A stretch of DNA of 64,000 nucleotides from a virus. Location of the stretch: the IMG/VR virus record IMGVR_UViG_3300021255_005217; one strand, written 5' to 3'. Each line of letters opens with the position of its first letter. Within the stretch, counting starts at the first letter, position 1. The notes under the pieces were generated by a model, which was not told the origin of the DNA, ran no database searches, and was given only the letters and a program-made list of their open reading frames with translations. The position numbers and the translations under genes were made by a program. Below, piece after piece: positions 36,299 to 47,492 of this stretch.

Positions 36299-36668
36299 TA
36301 TTATCAATAAGGAAAGAATTATGAGCAAAATGCCGAAACAGGAAGGATTTTTTCAGTGTGCTATTTTTTATGGCACGCCAATTGCAAATGAGCTTGAGCA
36401 TTATGATGAGCGTGCTCATAAAAAGACACCAAAACTATTGAAAGAAGAATTGGAAAATCAGAAGTTTGTATTTCCATTTTATTCAAATGAGATTTTTCCA
36501 ACATTTGCGCAGGCTCAGGCGTTTTTTCCAGAGTTTATAAATCAATTGATTGCAAAAAAGCTTATACCAGCTGATGTTATCGATGACAATAAAATGCTAA
36601 AAGATGACATTTGCAAAGCTGCAGTTGTTCCATTAAAATTTTCTGTTATTGAAGAAAAACAAGGCTAA
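36288..36668 (+). CDS. hypothetical protein (126 aa; not GroES-like)
   Basis: ORF overlapping groEL stop. Confidence 0.4.
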   Translation: MSSDIINKERIMSKMPKQEGFFQCAIFYGTPIANELEHYDERAHKKTPKLLKEELENQKFVFPFYSNEIFPTFAQAQAFFPEFINQLIAKKLIPADVIDDNKMLKDDICKAAVVPLKFSVIEEKQG

Positions 36669-36705
36669 TGATTAGACATTTTAGTTCATAACTAATTATT
36701 TAATT

Positions 36706-39700
36706 ATGAATGCAAATATTGATTTACCACAAGAGCTTCTTTACAAAGAAGGTAACATCTGGATTAATGGAAAAAATGGCCAATTAAGATATAATTCAAA
36801 AAATGATGCAGCTTCTAATTGGTTGAACCCACTTTCAACATATTTGGTAGGTAGTTCAACCAAACTTAAAAAAGGACAACCAGTCGCAGTTGGATATGAA
36901 AGTCAACTTGCAGTTGAAGCTTCAGGCCAAGGCGATAGCGCAATTGTAGTTGTTGACCCATCAGTAAATCAATTTTCAGTTGGTATTCTTCTTGAGCCTG
37001 GAATAGCAGGCGATAACAAAAAAGTACATGTTCAATCACATGGCCAGATTGAGTATGATATTGCAAATTATGGTAAAGAAGACTATTATCTTCCTCCAAA
37101 TGATGGAAATGCTTTTAAATGGACATATGAAGACATTGGTAAGCCAGTCTATGTTTCAAATAAAAATAAAGGCGAGCTTACTATAGACCTCGCAGAGGCC
37201 ACTTATGATGGTGGAACAATCATCTGTATTGGACGTATAGCTGATGCTCCACTTCCATCAAAAGAAGTATTAAAAAAATATCAAAAAATTTTAATTGAAA
37301 TTCAGCTCTCAGGTGATGTACGCGGTGTTGTAGACACAACACAAATTTCAGTTGATATTACAGATACACAAGAAATCTCATTAGAAGATAATACATCTGA
37401 CTATGATAAAATTATTCCTGTAAAAATTGTAAATGGAAAAGGTATTCTTGTCTTAAATGACACAATTTTAAAAGCAAATGACAAGAATGACATTGCTGGT
37501 GTTTTTGTAGCGCCATCAAAAAATGGAAAATTATCATTAGAAGACTATCTCGGAAAAACAATCACAATCACAAGACTCGGAATTGTAAGCGGAAATTTTG
37601 GATTTAGCACAAGCTCATTTGGTAAAACAGCTTGCATTAAAGATGGAGACATTGACTTTGAAGAATCTTCTGACTCAATCGAGTTTAAAGTAGGTGTTGG
37701 ATTCGGAACAAACAAATTTCTTGTTGATTGTCGCTATGCAAAGTCTATTGCGTCTGCAGAAATGATTGGAACAATCAAGCCTGTTTTTGGTGAAAACTTG
37801 ACAGATGCTGGATATTGTTTAATCGATAAGTCTGTACATACTGTTTATGGTGAGTCTATTGATTGGACGCCACTTCTTACATATTGTTATGCAAAAGATA
37901 TTTTTGTATTCTCTAAAAATAAAAATGGTCCATTCACTCGTGTAAATGAAGGCAACTGGGAACTCTATGGTGAGAATACTGAAACTGGTATTCTTTCAAA
38001 AACAAAACCAACATATTGGAAATTTAGAGACCTTTATTATACAATCGATGACGGTAAAACATGTGCTGCTCAAATAAAGTATTCAAAAGAAGGCTCACCT
38101 GAGTCTCAAGCATATGTTTGGCCAGAACAGTGTTATCAATTGGATATTCCTTACAAAAAAGTTGGAACTAGAGGCGGAACAGTAGAGTCATCTGACCTCA
38201 GAATAAATATTACAAATCTTGTACAGCTTGGCGCATATATGGACAATAATGGACAGAACATTGAAGCATATGACATTATTGTTCAGGAAAAAGAAAGTGG
38301 ACAAATAATTTCACCAGGTTTTTGGCAGCTTCCAAATGGAAAATTTGCTGGATTTGAATGGCAAGTTGTAGCTGAGTCAAAGAATACATATCTTTATATG
38401 ATTACTCAGCCTGAAAATGTAAATAATGAAGATTGTCTTGGTGTAACTTGGCCAATAGGAACTAAAGCTCAAAAAACTATTCAGCTATATGTAACAGTTC
38501 GTCGTAGACCAACACAGTATAACTCAATCTATTTGAATCAATATCCTGCACTCAATCCATGGACTCCATTGGTTGACTCAGCAAATAACCTTGTAATTCA
38601 AGGCGATAAAATCTATATCGGTGGAAAAGTTGATATAAATGAAGATGATGGAAATGCTTCATCTGGATTTACAAGAGAGCTCTCAAGTAGTATTGAGTTC
38701 AAACACACAGATGGTGAAAATAAAGCTGGCGTAGTTTATAGACTTATAAGTGGAAAAGACTCTGACACAGAAATATTCACACAAGATTATATTATCGGTG
38801 ATGGAGAGAATGAAAAGAAAATCTCATGGGAATATGACTTGTCTGGTGAAGTTCCAGTTGCAAAATTAAATGCACAATTCCAAGCGTCATTCACAGCAGA
38901 AGACACAACAAATGAGCATGGTGTTGAATATGATAAGAGCGCATTAAGAATTTTTAAGGTATTATATCCATCTATTTTTAATGAGTCAACATCTGGGAAA
39001 GAAAAAATTTCAATTATTAAAGATAGACTTTCAGACTTTTTGGAGAATGGATATTCTTTTAAAATTTTTGATGATACTTTTAATGGTAAAATTAATGAGT
39101 CTACAAATAAGCTTTCAGTTGATAAGTCTGATGCAGATATAAAGCAAGCAATAAACGATGGTTGGTCTCTCCATTCAAGAATTGATTATCAGTCATTTTT
39201 AGGACTTTTGTCAAGAGCAGCAACAGAAACAGAAGAAAGACTTTTGAAGATTGAAAGACTTTTATTCGGATATGACTATTTTGGCGCATTCTCAAAAGAA
39301 GCAAATGTCGAAACAGAATTATCATACTATGTTGATGATTTAGGAATTTCAAGATTTTTGAAATTTTTGAATGAAAATGGCTTTATTAGCTATAAGACTG
39401 ATAGCTATTTGGATAGCCTTGACGTTGTTGCTGAAAACAATGGTTTTAAGTCATTATTATTGAATCTTTTAGTTGATAACTACAGTGACTATGGCAAAAA
39501 ACGTGCTTCTTCTTCAACACGTAATTTTAAAACAATTGAAGATGCATATGATGACTTTTCAAAAGGAAATCTAAAATTAAAAGATATTTTAAAAGAGTCT
39601 GGTGGAATATCACATCTTGCTCAATTATGGATAAACTATAAATGTCAAGAGATTATAAAAGCATGTTCACGCATCACAATGAACTCACGTTACGATAGAC

Positions 39701-42700
39701 CTGTAAACTATACAAGAGCTGATGACTCATATAGTTTTACTTTAGCAAAAAATATTGTTTTTTCAAAAAACTGTAAAGGTTATAATACTGACTTACCTTT
39801 TGAAGGTGAAATTTATAAAGGAACACCTTTCTCATGGCCAATAAATATTGACCCTAAATGGGAAGAAAGAACTGGAGTAACACTTGAAGAAAATTTCTTT
39901 GGTAATACAATTTTTGGTGTTAGTGACGCAACAGGCGACTATGTCGTAGATAATGGAAATGGTGAAAAATATGTTGTAATGGCTGATGAGCCTGATAAGT
40001 TCTTTTCTGATGGCTCACCTTATGAAGGTCAGAAAGCAACCTTTGCTCCACAATCTCTTGAAGGAATAATTTATGACATTATCATAAAATTGTCTTTCAT
40101 GAAAGCACAATTTAGATACGATGGAACATTTAATCCGAAAAGAACGCATATCGCGTCATTTATAAATATGACTTTTGGAAATATACCAACATTCAAAAGT
40201 TTGGATAATATACAGGTTTTTTCAAATAGCTCAAACACTGACTCAGTTTACTCAGCATTCGAATTTGACAATGATAGATTTGTTACAGGTTATGGACTAA
40301 AAATTGGACAAAAAGACCCTGGATTTAAGTTCTCAAATCAAAGTATTATTGGTGAGTGGTCAGATGAAACTGTAACAAAATTATATAAAAGATGGAATAA
40401 ATCTGCATATTCAAGAAAAATTTGCTCTGTTGAACTCACAGAGCCAATCCAATTTTATGCTCTTTATGTCTTCTTAATTTTGGGTAACATCGAAGGTGGA
40501 GTGTACACTAATGTACTACAAGGAGACAAGACAACTTACGAAAATGGTGAGAAAAAAGTAGAAAAATATACACAAAGTGATTATGAAAAAGAAATTGCAG
40601 TGTATAATGACTTTATTGAAGGAATAAAAACAGGTTACATCTATTATGACATACCAAATGGTGACTATTCAGACATTGCAGTTCCAATGTTTAAAGACGG
40701 ATTGGATGTTGACATAAATACTTACTTAGAAAGTCTTAAACATCCAGTTGATTTACCAACTAAGGGACAAACGTCTGATTGTCATTTTTCAGGACAAAAT
40801 CCTGAAAAAGACTCAATAGACTTAATCCCTTCAATAAAACTTACACGTGAGCGTGACTTTGACTCAGCTGATATTGATGCAGAATGGGTAGATTCTCTTT
40901 TTGAAGGATATGAAGAAGTAACAAATGTCTCGAGTGAATTTAGAAAAATTATTGAGCTTATTGGTCATCCTGATAAAATTAATGAGCAATTCATTAAAAA
41001 CTTTTTCCCATCATGGTCAGATTATCATGATAAAAAACATTATACAGTAGAAGCAAAAGCTGATGGTGTATATGAGTCAAGTTTGTCATATCGTTTAGCA
41101 AGACCAGTTTATCATACAAGTGTAAACCTTTTCTTAAATAAGATCAATGCATCATGTGGCAAAGACTTAGAAAAAAGAAAATTTTTCTTTGGTTTCTTAA
41201 ATGGAATTACAGGACTTTCATCTGAATATGAACAAGCATTCCCATATTTGCAAAGACCTATTGCGAATAATGACCTTGTTTGGGTAGACAGAAATGGAAA
41301 AGAACATAGTTGTGATTTCAATGATTATATTGATAAAAAAGTTTATAGTTCATCTGAAAAATATAATTTGCTTGATACAGACACAACTCATATTGAAATT
41401 GTAGATGACGATACACTCGAAAGAGGCTGGAATTATGACATAATTTCTTGTTCAGACCATGAAGACTATGATATGTCTATTTTTGGTGATGATGCAAAGA
41501 TAGAGTCTTTGGACGTTCGAGCATTTATTGAAAAAAATGTATTTAGTAAAAATATAAGAGACTCACATATACCTGATAAAACACTCTTTGAAAGAATTAA
41601 TAAATATGCAGATATAGCTACTGTACTCAAAGATGTGACACAGATTGGTGAAGTTCTTGAACCAGAAAACGTTGGAAAGCCTCTTTCAGGATTTGAATTC
41701 AGCGATGAGTTCTCATATGTAAGCCAATATCTTAATAATGATATTGATTGGTTAGACCCAACTAAAGGTGGTTTTACTGAAGGTTATTTCTTTGAAAAAG
41801 AATTCTTTAGTGACGGTACAGATGGCAACTTAACAGAAGACATCGACTCTACAGCTGCTTCATATAAACATGACGTTTTAATTTCTGATAATATTCCAGA
41901 AGATGTAAATTCACAAGGTGGAGATACAAGTCAAGAGGTTGAAACGTCAATTAGTAAAGACTCTATTTTAATGTCTACTCGTGAGACAGAACAATTGCAC
42001 GTTACCGTAGATAGTTGCAATGAAGATAAATCAAGTAAGCAGTATGTTCATTATATAGAAGACAAGACTGAAAATAATAACAATAAAGATGATAAAAAGT
42101 CTTTAACTGTAAATGTGTCTGCGCATACAATAAACCAGTATGGATTTACTCAAAATAAAGAAGACGTAATTAAGACTGTTAAATTGGAAGGTGATAAAGC
42201 AGAATACGTTACAGGTATTACAGTTGGCGAACAGAAATTCATCAAAAGCGGTTTAGGACTTAATTCTAATAATTTCCTTGAAGGAATTAGCACTTCTGAT
42301 AAAGAGTATTCAACAACTGTTGATGTATCTTCTGGAGGAACAATTACACTTAATAATCTTCAAGACGCAATTAACAAACTTTGGACTGCTGCTAAGCTTG
42401 CTGGTAGCGCCCCAACAATATCAGCGACATTCTCACCAACAGCAAATAATAAGACTGTTAAAATAACTGTAAAAGGAAGCGACTTAGTATCTGAAGGCAC
42501 AAAATCTGCTCCTTCTTTAACTAATAATGAGTCTGCAAAACCAGTAGTTACACTAAGCAAACAAAAAATTGAGCTTAAAACTACAACAGCAAATGTTCTT
42601 TTAGGCACATCAAATATTACAACTACACCGACAACATTTAACCATACTGTAAGCATTGGTAATTCTGGTTTTGAAAATTGGAAAGAAACACATGCGGATA

Positions 42701-43776
42701 ACACTGCAACAGCAGAGTTTACGCCTTTTACACATGACCATAATATTACTTCAGAAAAGTCTGTTGTTCATTCAGAAGGTGATTTTAACCATACTTATAA
42801 AGAGTATTATATTAAGCCTTTAAGAAGAAATTTGGTCTCAGTTAAAGACGCATTTGTTCGTTCACCTATTTTGAAAAAGTCTACAAGATGCGCAGCGGAT
42901 AGATTTGAAACTGAATTTAATGAATATTTGTTCAATACACAAAATGTTAGACCACAAATTTTCAAAGAAACGACATTTGTTAATGAGTTTAAGTTCAGAG
43001 ATAACTCATATATAAATGGTCAGATATTGCCAATTCCTGACTCAAAAATCGAGATTTCTTCTGAAAATATTAGACAGCTCATAGAATTACAGCATACGCT
43101 TACTCCATCAGCACTTAAACTTGATGTTGCAAAGTCTCCAAATAATATCGAGCTAAAATCATTTACACGTTATAATATTGTTGACACATCTTCAAGAGCG
43201 ATTAAGCTTAAATTTAAAGGACAAGAATATGAGATAACATCTTTCACTGTAATTGTTGTTGATGTAGAAAAAACAAATAATGACCCAGTAAGATATAATC
43301 TTGAATTATATGGTATGGTTCTTGATGAGGATAATGGAACGCACAAATATAAATTGAATGAATACAAGAGAAACTATTTTGTTATTCCAAATATTAGAGT
43401 CTGGCCTGAAAAGCCAAGAATATTTAAACCGTATTTAAGTGAAGAAATTGCTGCTCCAGGCTATTTTACTATTACTACAGAAGGACGAGAAGACATGAAT
43501 GTTGAGCTAAGTTCATCAATAACTGAAAAAGTATTAGACTTTGCAGCATGGAAAGAATTCTTACTTGAAAATATGAGTCTTCAATATTTTATTGATGAAA
43601 CGTTATATGCAAATCTGCCTAATGGTAACTGGGTCCCAGAAGTAGGTTTAGCTGAACCAATAATTAAAACTAGCCTTGCTTCTTTAGGAGAAGCATATAG
43701 AAAAGGAGAGATTGATGCCACAATTGGAGAACGCTCAGAAGAAGCCGCACCACCAGATGACGGAACTGGAAACTAA
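36706..43776 (+). CDS. giant virion-associated protein (2356 aa), probable tail fibre/structural protein
   Basis: 7-kb uninterrupted ORF; no DxDGD RNAP motif; Thr/Ser-rich segments in C-terminal third. Confidence 0.65.
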   Translation: MNANIDLPQELLYKEGNIWINGKNGQLRYNSKNDAASNWLNPLSTYLVGSSTKLKKGQPVAVGYESQLAVEASGQGDSAIVVVDPSVNQFSVGILLEPGIAGDNKKVHVQSHGQIEYDIANYGKEDYYLPPNDGNAFKWTYEDIGKPVYVSNKNKGELTIDLAEATYDGGTIICIGRIADAPLPSKEVLKKYQKILIEIQLSGDVRGVVDTTQISVDITDTQEISLEDNTSDYDKIIPVKIVNGKGILVLNDTILKANDKNDIAGVFVAPSKNGKLSLEDYLGKTITITRLGIVSGNFGFSTSSFGKTACIKDGDIDFEESSDSIEFKVGVGFGTNKFLVDCRYAKSIASAEMIGTIKPVFGENLTDAGYCLIDKSVHTVYGESIDWTPLLTYCYAKDIFVFSKNKNGPFTRVNEGNWELYGENTETGILSKTKPTYWKFRDLYYTIDDGKTCAAQIKYSKEGSPESQAYVWPEQCYQLDIPYKKVGTRGGTVESSDLRINITNLVQLGAYMDNNGQNIEAYDIIVQEKESGQIISPGFWQLPNGKFAGFEWQVVAESKNTYLYMITQPENVNNEDCLGVTWPIGTKAQKTIQLYVTVRRRPTQYNSIYLNQYPALNPWTPLVDSANNLVIQGDKIYIGGKVDINEDDGNASSGFTRELSSSIEFKHTDGENKAGVVYRLISGKDSDTEIFTQDYIIGDGENEKKISWEYDLSGEVPVAKLNAQFQASFTAEDTTNEHGVEYDKSALRIFKVLYPSIFNESTSGKEKISIIKDRLSDFLENGYSFKIFDDTFNGKINESTNKLSVDKSDADIKQAINDGWSLHSRIDYQSFLGLLSRAATETEERLLKIERLLFGYDYFGAFSKEANVETELSYYVDDLGISRFLKFLNENGFISYKTDSYLDSLDVVAENNGFKSLLLNLLVDNYSDYGKKRASSSTRNFKTIEDAYDDFSKGNLKLKDILKESGGISHLAQLWINYKCQEIIKACSRITMNSRYDRPVNYTRADDSYSFTLAKNIVFSKNCKGYNTDLPFEGEIYKGTPFSWPINIDPKWEERTGVTLEENFFGNTIFGVSDATGDYVVDNGNGEKYVVMADEPDKFFSDGSPYEGQKATFAPQSLEGIIYDIIIKLSFMKAQFRYDGTFNPKRTHIASFINMTFGNIPTFKSLDNIQVFSNSSNTDSVYSAFEFDNDRFVTGYGLKIGQKDPGFKFSNQSIIGEWSDETVTKLYKRWNKSAYSRKICSVELTEPIQFYALYVFLILGNIEGGVYTNVLQGDKTTYENGEKKVEKYTQSDYEKEIAVYNDFIEGIKTGYIYYDIPNGDYSDIAVPMFKDGLDVDINTYLESLKHPVDLPTKGQTSDCHFSGQNPEKDSIDLIPSIKLTRERDFDSADIDAEWVDSLFEGYEEVTNVSSEFRKIIELIGHPDKINEQFIKNFFPSWSDYHDKKHYTVEAKADGVYESSLSYRLARPVYHTSVNLFLNKINASCGKDLEKRKFFFGFLNGITGLSSEYEQAFPYLQRPIANNDLVWVDRNGKEHSCDFNDYIDKKVYSSSEKYNLLDTDTTHIEIVDDDTLERGWNYDIISCSDHEDYDMSIFGDDAKIESLDVRAFIEKNVFSKNIRDSHIPDKTLFERINKYADIATVLKDVTQIGEVLEPENVGKPLSGFEFSDEFSYVSQYLNNDIDWLDPTKGGFTEGYFFEKEFFSDGTDGNLTEDIDSTAASYKHDVLISDNIPEDVNSQGGDTSQEVETSISKDSILMSTRETEQLHVTVDSCNEDKSSKQYVHYIEDKTENNNNKDDKKSLTVNVSAHTINQYGFTQNKEDVIKTVKLEGDKAEYVTGITVGEQKFIKSGLGLNSNNFLEGISTSDKEYSTTVDVSSGGTITLNNLQDAINKLWTAAKLAGSAPTISATFSPTANNKTVKITVKGSDLVSEGTKSAPSLTNNESAKPVVTLSKQKIELKTTTANVLLGTSNITTTPTTFNHTVSIGNSGFENWKETHADNTATAEFTPFTHDHNITSEKSVVHSEGDFNHTYKEYYIKPLRRNLVSVKDAFVRSPILKKSTRCAADRFETEFNEYLFNTQNVRPQIFKETTFVNEFKFRDNSYINGQILPIPDSKIEISSENIRQLIELQHTLTPSALKLDVAKSPNNIELKSFTRYNIVDTSSRAIKLKFKGQEYEITSFTVIVVDVEKTNNDPVRYNLELYGMVLDEDNGTHKYKLNEYKRNYFVIPNIRVWPEKPRIFKPYLSEEIAAPGYFTITTEGREDMNVELSSSITEKVLDFAAWKEFLLENMSLQYFIDETLYANLPNGNWVPEVGLAEPIIKTSLASLGEAYRKGEIDATIGERSEEAAPPDDGTGN

Positions 43777-44207
43777 TTTTGAGTTAGAGTCTGACAATGC
43801 AGAGTTAAATTATATAAATTTAGCTCTGCAAAATATCATTAAATGTAATGCTTTTCATGGGTATTATGATGAGCTATTAGAGAAAGTTTTCTTATACTTG
43901 TGTAGTGTTTTAGAAAAAAATAAATTTTATAACTATACTTTATTAAAAAATTTATCTATAAATACACAACAAAAGCTGATTGCAATTTTTATGGTATTTC
44001 AAAAATCTAAAATTAAAAAGTTTGTTCCTCTTAAAAATTTTTTTGAGAAAAAAGACTTTGTAATATTAGATAAGTTTATTTAAAAACTAATTTTTTACAA
44101 TGGAGACTAAAAAATTTATGATGAATACTTTCAATGACCTTGCATAACATATTGAATGGTATATTTAAAATAAGCCAACTAATTTTTTATTAAGGAGATT
44201 ATTACAC

Positions 44208-45950
44208 ATGAGAATTTCTGAAGCAGGCGCATTAGACCTCTTGAAAGACATTGAGAAAGGAGAGAACCACGGTGTTGAATTAGCCGACCTCGCTCCAGAC
44301 CCAAATAATAATACAGCAGGTTATGATGCAAGTGAAGACCCTGAAATGGATGGAAGTGCTTCAACAGAAGAGCCAACTGCTCCTGTAAAAGAAGCAACAG
44401 TTAACAGATATTTGCAGATGAAGAAACTTATCGAAGCAAAAAATGATGCTATCACAAACTTTTTGCAAAGTGGTACAGATGATAAGTCTTTTGACGCTTT
44501 CAAAAATTCTTCATTCTATGAAGACTCAAAGAACCGCAAAGGTGAGTATTGCTCACAGAGAGAATACATCGATGGCGTAAAATGGTTGCTTAAGAATGGA
44601 AGAGTAGACCAGGATGATGTTGGCAACGCGCTTGCCGGAACAGCTTCTTCAGCTCGCAATAATGCTTATGCTGACATTGATGACGATGACGGACCATATA
44701 AGAGAGGTGATGACTTTGATGCAGAGAATTATGTTCAGTCTGACACACTTGCAGCTTGGTCTGAAAAATATGCTGATGCCCCAGGTGTTCAGGACGTAAA
44801 TGAAGTTTTCGATGATATGGAAGACATCGTTCGTGAAATCGTTGTTGGTGTTGCTGACAAACGCCATGCTATGATTGCAGGCGACCCTGGTATTGGTAAA
44901 ACATACACAGTTCGTAAAGTAATTGAACAATATATTGGGCAGTCTGGAAAGAAACTTTTCTATTCTGCAGGTGCTATGTCTCCATCTATGACATCAGTTG
45001 TTCCATTCTTCTTCTTCCACAAAGATAATGAAATCATTATTCTTGATGATAATGATAAAGTTATTATGAAAGCTTGTGACCAGAACACACAAAACTTTAT
45101 GAAAGCTGTTCTTGACCCTTCAGCTCTTAAAAAGCCTGTATCTGTTCCAACAACAATGATGAGCAAATTCCAAGCCCAGCTTGATATGATTTCTGGTTTG
45201 AATGAGTCAACAATAAAAGCTCCAAAAGAAGGAACTCGTGTTGATATTGATATGGAAGCTCTTAAAGAAGGTTTCTTCAAATATTCTATCAACGGTGTTG
45301 TTGCTGACCAGTTTAAACTTGATGAAAAAACAAAGCTTGAACTTACAAATATGATTCGTCCTACTTCAAGATTGAAGGAAGCATTCGATGATGAAGATGA
45401 CGATGTATTCGCTGACACAGATGATGATGACGCAAATGAATATGCAGATGGTGATGGACAGTCAGAATACACAATGGAGCCATCATTTATTTTCAACTCT
45501 TCAGTTGTATTTATTTCAAACTTGAAATTGACAGACATCTCTCCAGCTGTTGCTGACCGTTGTGAATGTTGTGAAATTTCTTTGACACTTCCACAGTTTG
45601 TACAGCGTCTTGAGACTGTAATGGGTGGTTTGTGTAAAGGTGAAGACTACTCTTCAAGACCACAGTGGATGCGTGACTGGGGTAAACAATCAGCTTACAC
45701 AGCATTCCTTGGTATTATTGAAGCATTCAATGCAGGCGCAACATTGTTTGGTCGTAAAGTAACAATCAGACGTAAGTTTACATTCCGTCTTTTTGAAGAA
45801 ATGGCAAATGAATGGTGTCGTGGTGCTTCTTCTTATGCAATGCGTCATGAACTCAATATCGAAGATAAAGAAGTTCAGAGACAGGTTGCTGAGAAGATTA
45901 CAGGTAAGTTTGTTCTTTCATTGATGAATAAAATCAATCAGAGGGGTTAA
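44208..45950 (+). CDS. AAA+/P-loop ATPase with long acidic N-terminal region
   Basis: Walker A IAGDPGIGKTYT, Walker B IIILDD; strong SD aaggagattattacacatg. Confidence 0.6.
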   Translation: MRISEAGALDLLKDIEKGENHGVELADLAPDPNNNTAGYDASEDPEMDGSASTEEPTAPVKEATVNRYLQMKKLIEAKNDAITNFLQSGTDDKSFDAFKNSSFYEDSKNRKGEYCSQREYIDGVKWLLKNGRVDQDDVGNALAGTASSARNNAYADIDDDDGPYKRGDDFDAENYVQSDTLAAWSEKYADAPGVQDVNEVFDDMEDIVREIVVGVADKRHAMIAGDPGIGKTYTVRKVIEQYIGQSGKKLFYSAGAMSPSMTSVVPFFFFHKDNEIIILDDNDKVIMKACDQNTQNFMKAVLDPSALKKPVSVPTTMMSKFQAQLDMISGLNESTIKAPKEGTRVDIDMEALKEGFFKYSINGVVADQFKLDEKTKLELTNMIRPTSRLKEAFDDEDDDVFADTDDDDANEYADGDGQSEYTMEPSFIFNSSVVFISNLKLTDISPAVADRCECCEISLTLPQFVQRLETVMGGLCKGEDYSSRPQWMRDWGKQSAYTAFLGIIEAFNAGATLFGRKVTIRRKFTFRLFEEMANEWCRGASSYAMRHELNIEDKEVQRQVAEKITGKFVLSLMNKINQRG

Positions 45951-45953
45951 CAT

Positions 45954-46151
45954 ATGGATAAAGAAACATTTGATAGTCTTTCAGAAGAAATTCATGACAA
46001 GCTTGTTGATATTCTTATTAGCGTTGACGATAAAGTTGGAACAAATGGATATGAATACAACAAGCTCGAAGACGCTGTAACAGAAGTTGATGATGCACTG
46101 TCAGCTGCTTATAGAGTTTTATTCGGAAATGACGATGATGATGAACAATAA
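45954..46151 (+). CDS. small acidic protein (65 aa)
   Basis: ORF followed by terminator. Confidence 0.35.
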   Translation: MDKETFDSLSEEIHDKLVDILISVDDKVGTNGYEYNKLEDAVTEVDDALSAAYRVLFGNDDDDEQ

Positions 46152-46162
46152 ACAATAATAAA

Positions 46163-46190
46163 AGTCGCCCGAAAGGGCGACTAATTTTTT
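46163..46190 (+). terminator. intrinsic terminator (agtcgccc-gaaa-gggcgact + T-tract)
   Basis: GC stem with GAAA tetraloop. Confidence 0.75.
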
Positions 46191-46193
46191 ATT

Positions 46194-46775
46194 ATGGCAT
46201 TACTAACAAAACAAGAAATTTTCAATTGGCTTAAGGTTATTCTTAAAGATGGTTTTTATAAAAATTCAGATGACCTTACAATTTCTGTAAATAAAAAATT
46301 GACAGACGAAGACCTTGACTCTATCACATGTTCATTTGTCAATCTTCTCGGAAACAGTGAAATTCCACATCCACAAAATCAAACTGACAAAAAAGTTTTA
46401 ATGTCACAATTTAAGGTAAATTCTCGTTTTATTGATATTGATAACAATTCTTTAATTCTAAATAAACATGGCCAAATTCAGGCAAATATTGATGCGATTG
46501 TTGATAATGATGAGCTTGTAAAAGCACTTTCTGAAAATGAAAAATTCATGAATAAAGTGAAGACATTTTTGGACCCAGGAAAAATTACAATGGATTGGGT
46601 AGAAATGTATTTGCTTCGTGACCCAAAATTCATGAAAACCATTACAAATATCATTACAGTTATTCAGAAAATAAATGAAGGACAATTAGACTCAACAGTT
46701 GATGATGCAATAACAGAAGAGTTTAACAATGATGAAAAGTCTACACAAGAAGAAACTCCATCTGTAGAAGACTAA
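46194..46775 (+). CDS. hypothetical protein (193 aa)
   Basis: ORF. Confidence 0.45.
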   Translation: MALLTKQEIFNWLKVILKDGFYKNSDDLTISVNKKLTDEDLDSITCSFVNLLGNSEIPHPQNQTDKKVLMSQFKVNSRFIDIDNNSLILNKHGQIQANIDAIVDNDELVKALSENEKFMNKVKTFLDPGKITMDWVEMYLLRDPKFMKTITNIITVIQKINEGQLDSTVDDAITEEFNNDEKSTQEETPSVED

Positions 46776-47452
46776 ACGAATACATTGAGAGAGCTTTCTT
46801 TTGTGGTTGGTTTTGATGTAAAAATTATATGTCCATCTGCATCATGAAAAGAAAGTCCTTGATTTGAATTAGAGTTTCTATTCATTGGAAATTCAACTTT
46901 CACAAGTTTATCATAATTTATCGGTTTGATATGCCCAATTGGGTGTTCTTTGTCTGTTATTTGTGACATAAAAATTCTAGTTTTCACAGAGTCTGACGAT
47001 AAAATTTTTATAGCATGATTGAGACTCTCAATAGGTACTTTATGATAATAGTCTATAGAAAAGTTTATGCATTCTGGCTCAAGTGAAATAATGTCGTTAA
47101 TGACATCATCATTATTTCCCCAAAGCCCATTTGTTGAAATTACACATTTTGCGCCATATTCTTTTAATAATGGCAATAATTTTGGTTTAGTGTATTTATC
47201 CCAAAAAAGAAATGGCTCACCAATTCCTGTAAAAATGCATTGATTTCTTTCAGCAGACTCTTTTACAACATTTCGTAATGCATCATCACTCAAAAATGTG
47301 CCACTTGGAATTGCCATATAGCATCCTTGTTTAACATAACAGCATGAGCATTGTAAATTGCACATATCATACATATGCAAAATTGTCACAGGATGCGTTA
47401 TATTTGTGTCATAACCAATATATTTTTTAAGCCATTCTCTTTCTGCAATCAT
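46772..47452 (-). CDS. radical SAM enzyme (second paralogue, 226 aa)
   Basis: CNLQCSCC (CxxxCxxC) and TGIGEPFL motifs; same order and spacing as ORF 10125..11084 (GGEP ... STNG/FTNG). Confidence 0.65.
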   Translation of the reverse strand: MIAEREWLKKYIGYDTNITHPVTILHMYDMCNLQCSCCYVKQGCYMAIPSGTFLSDDALRNVVKESAERNQCIFTGIGEPFLFWDKYTKPKLLPLLKEYGAKCVISTNGLWGNNDDVINDIISLEPECINFSIDYYHKVPIESLNHAIKILSSDSVKTRIFMSQITDKEHPIGHIKPINYDKLVKVEFPMNRNSNSNQGLSFHDADGHIIFTSKPTTKESSLNVFV

Positions 47453-47454
47453 AT

Positions 47455-47483
47455 ATTAAAAAATTAGCCGGCTTTCGCCGGCT
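47455..47483 (-). terminator. intrinsic terminator (agccggc-tttc-gccggct; T-tract on minus strand)
   Basis: between recA-like and radical SAM genes. Confidence 0.65.
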
Positions 47484-47492
47484 TGAAAAACT

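Noticed and set aside
42278-42704. ORFs antisense/alternate frame within the 2356-aa gene
   Set aside because: Embedded in the long uninterrupted giant ORF; no independent signals.
36706-43776. Giant protein as a virion-packaged multisubunit RNA polymerase (as in crAss-like phages)
   Set aside because: No DxDGD or other RNAP catalytic motif was found on scanning. SD-dependent initiation and sigmaA-type promoters argue against a Bacteroidetes crAss-like phage.
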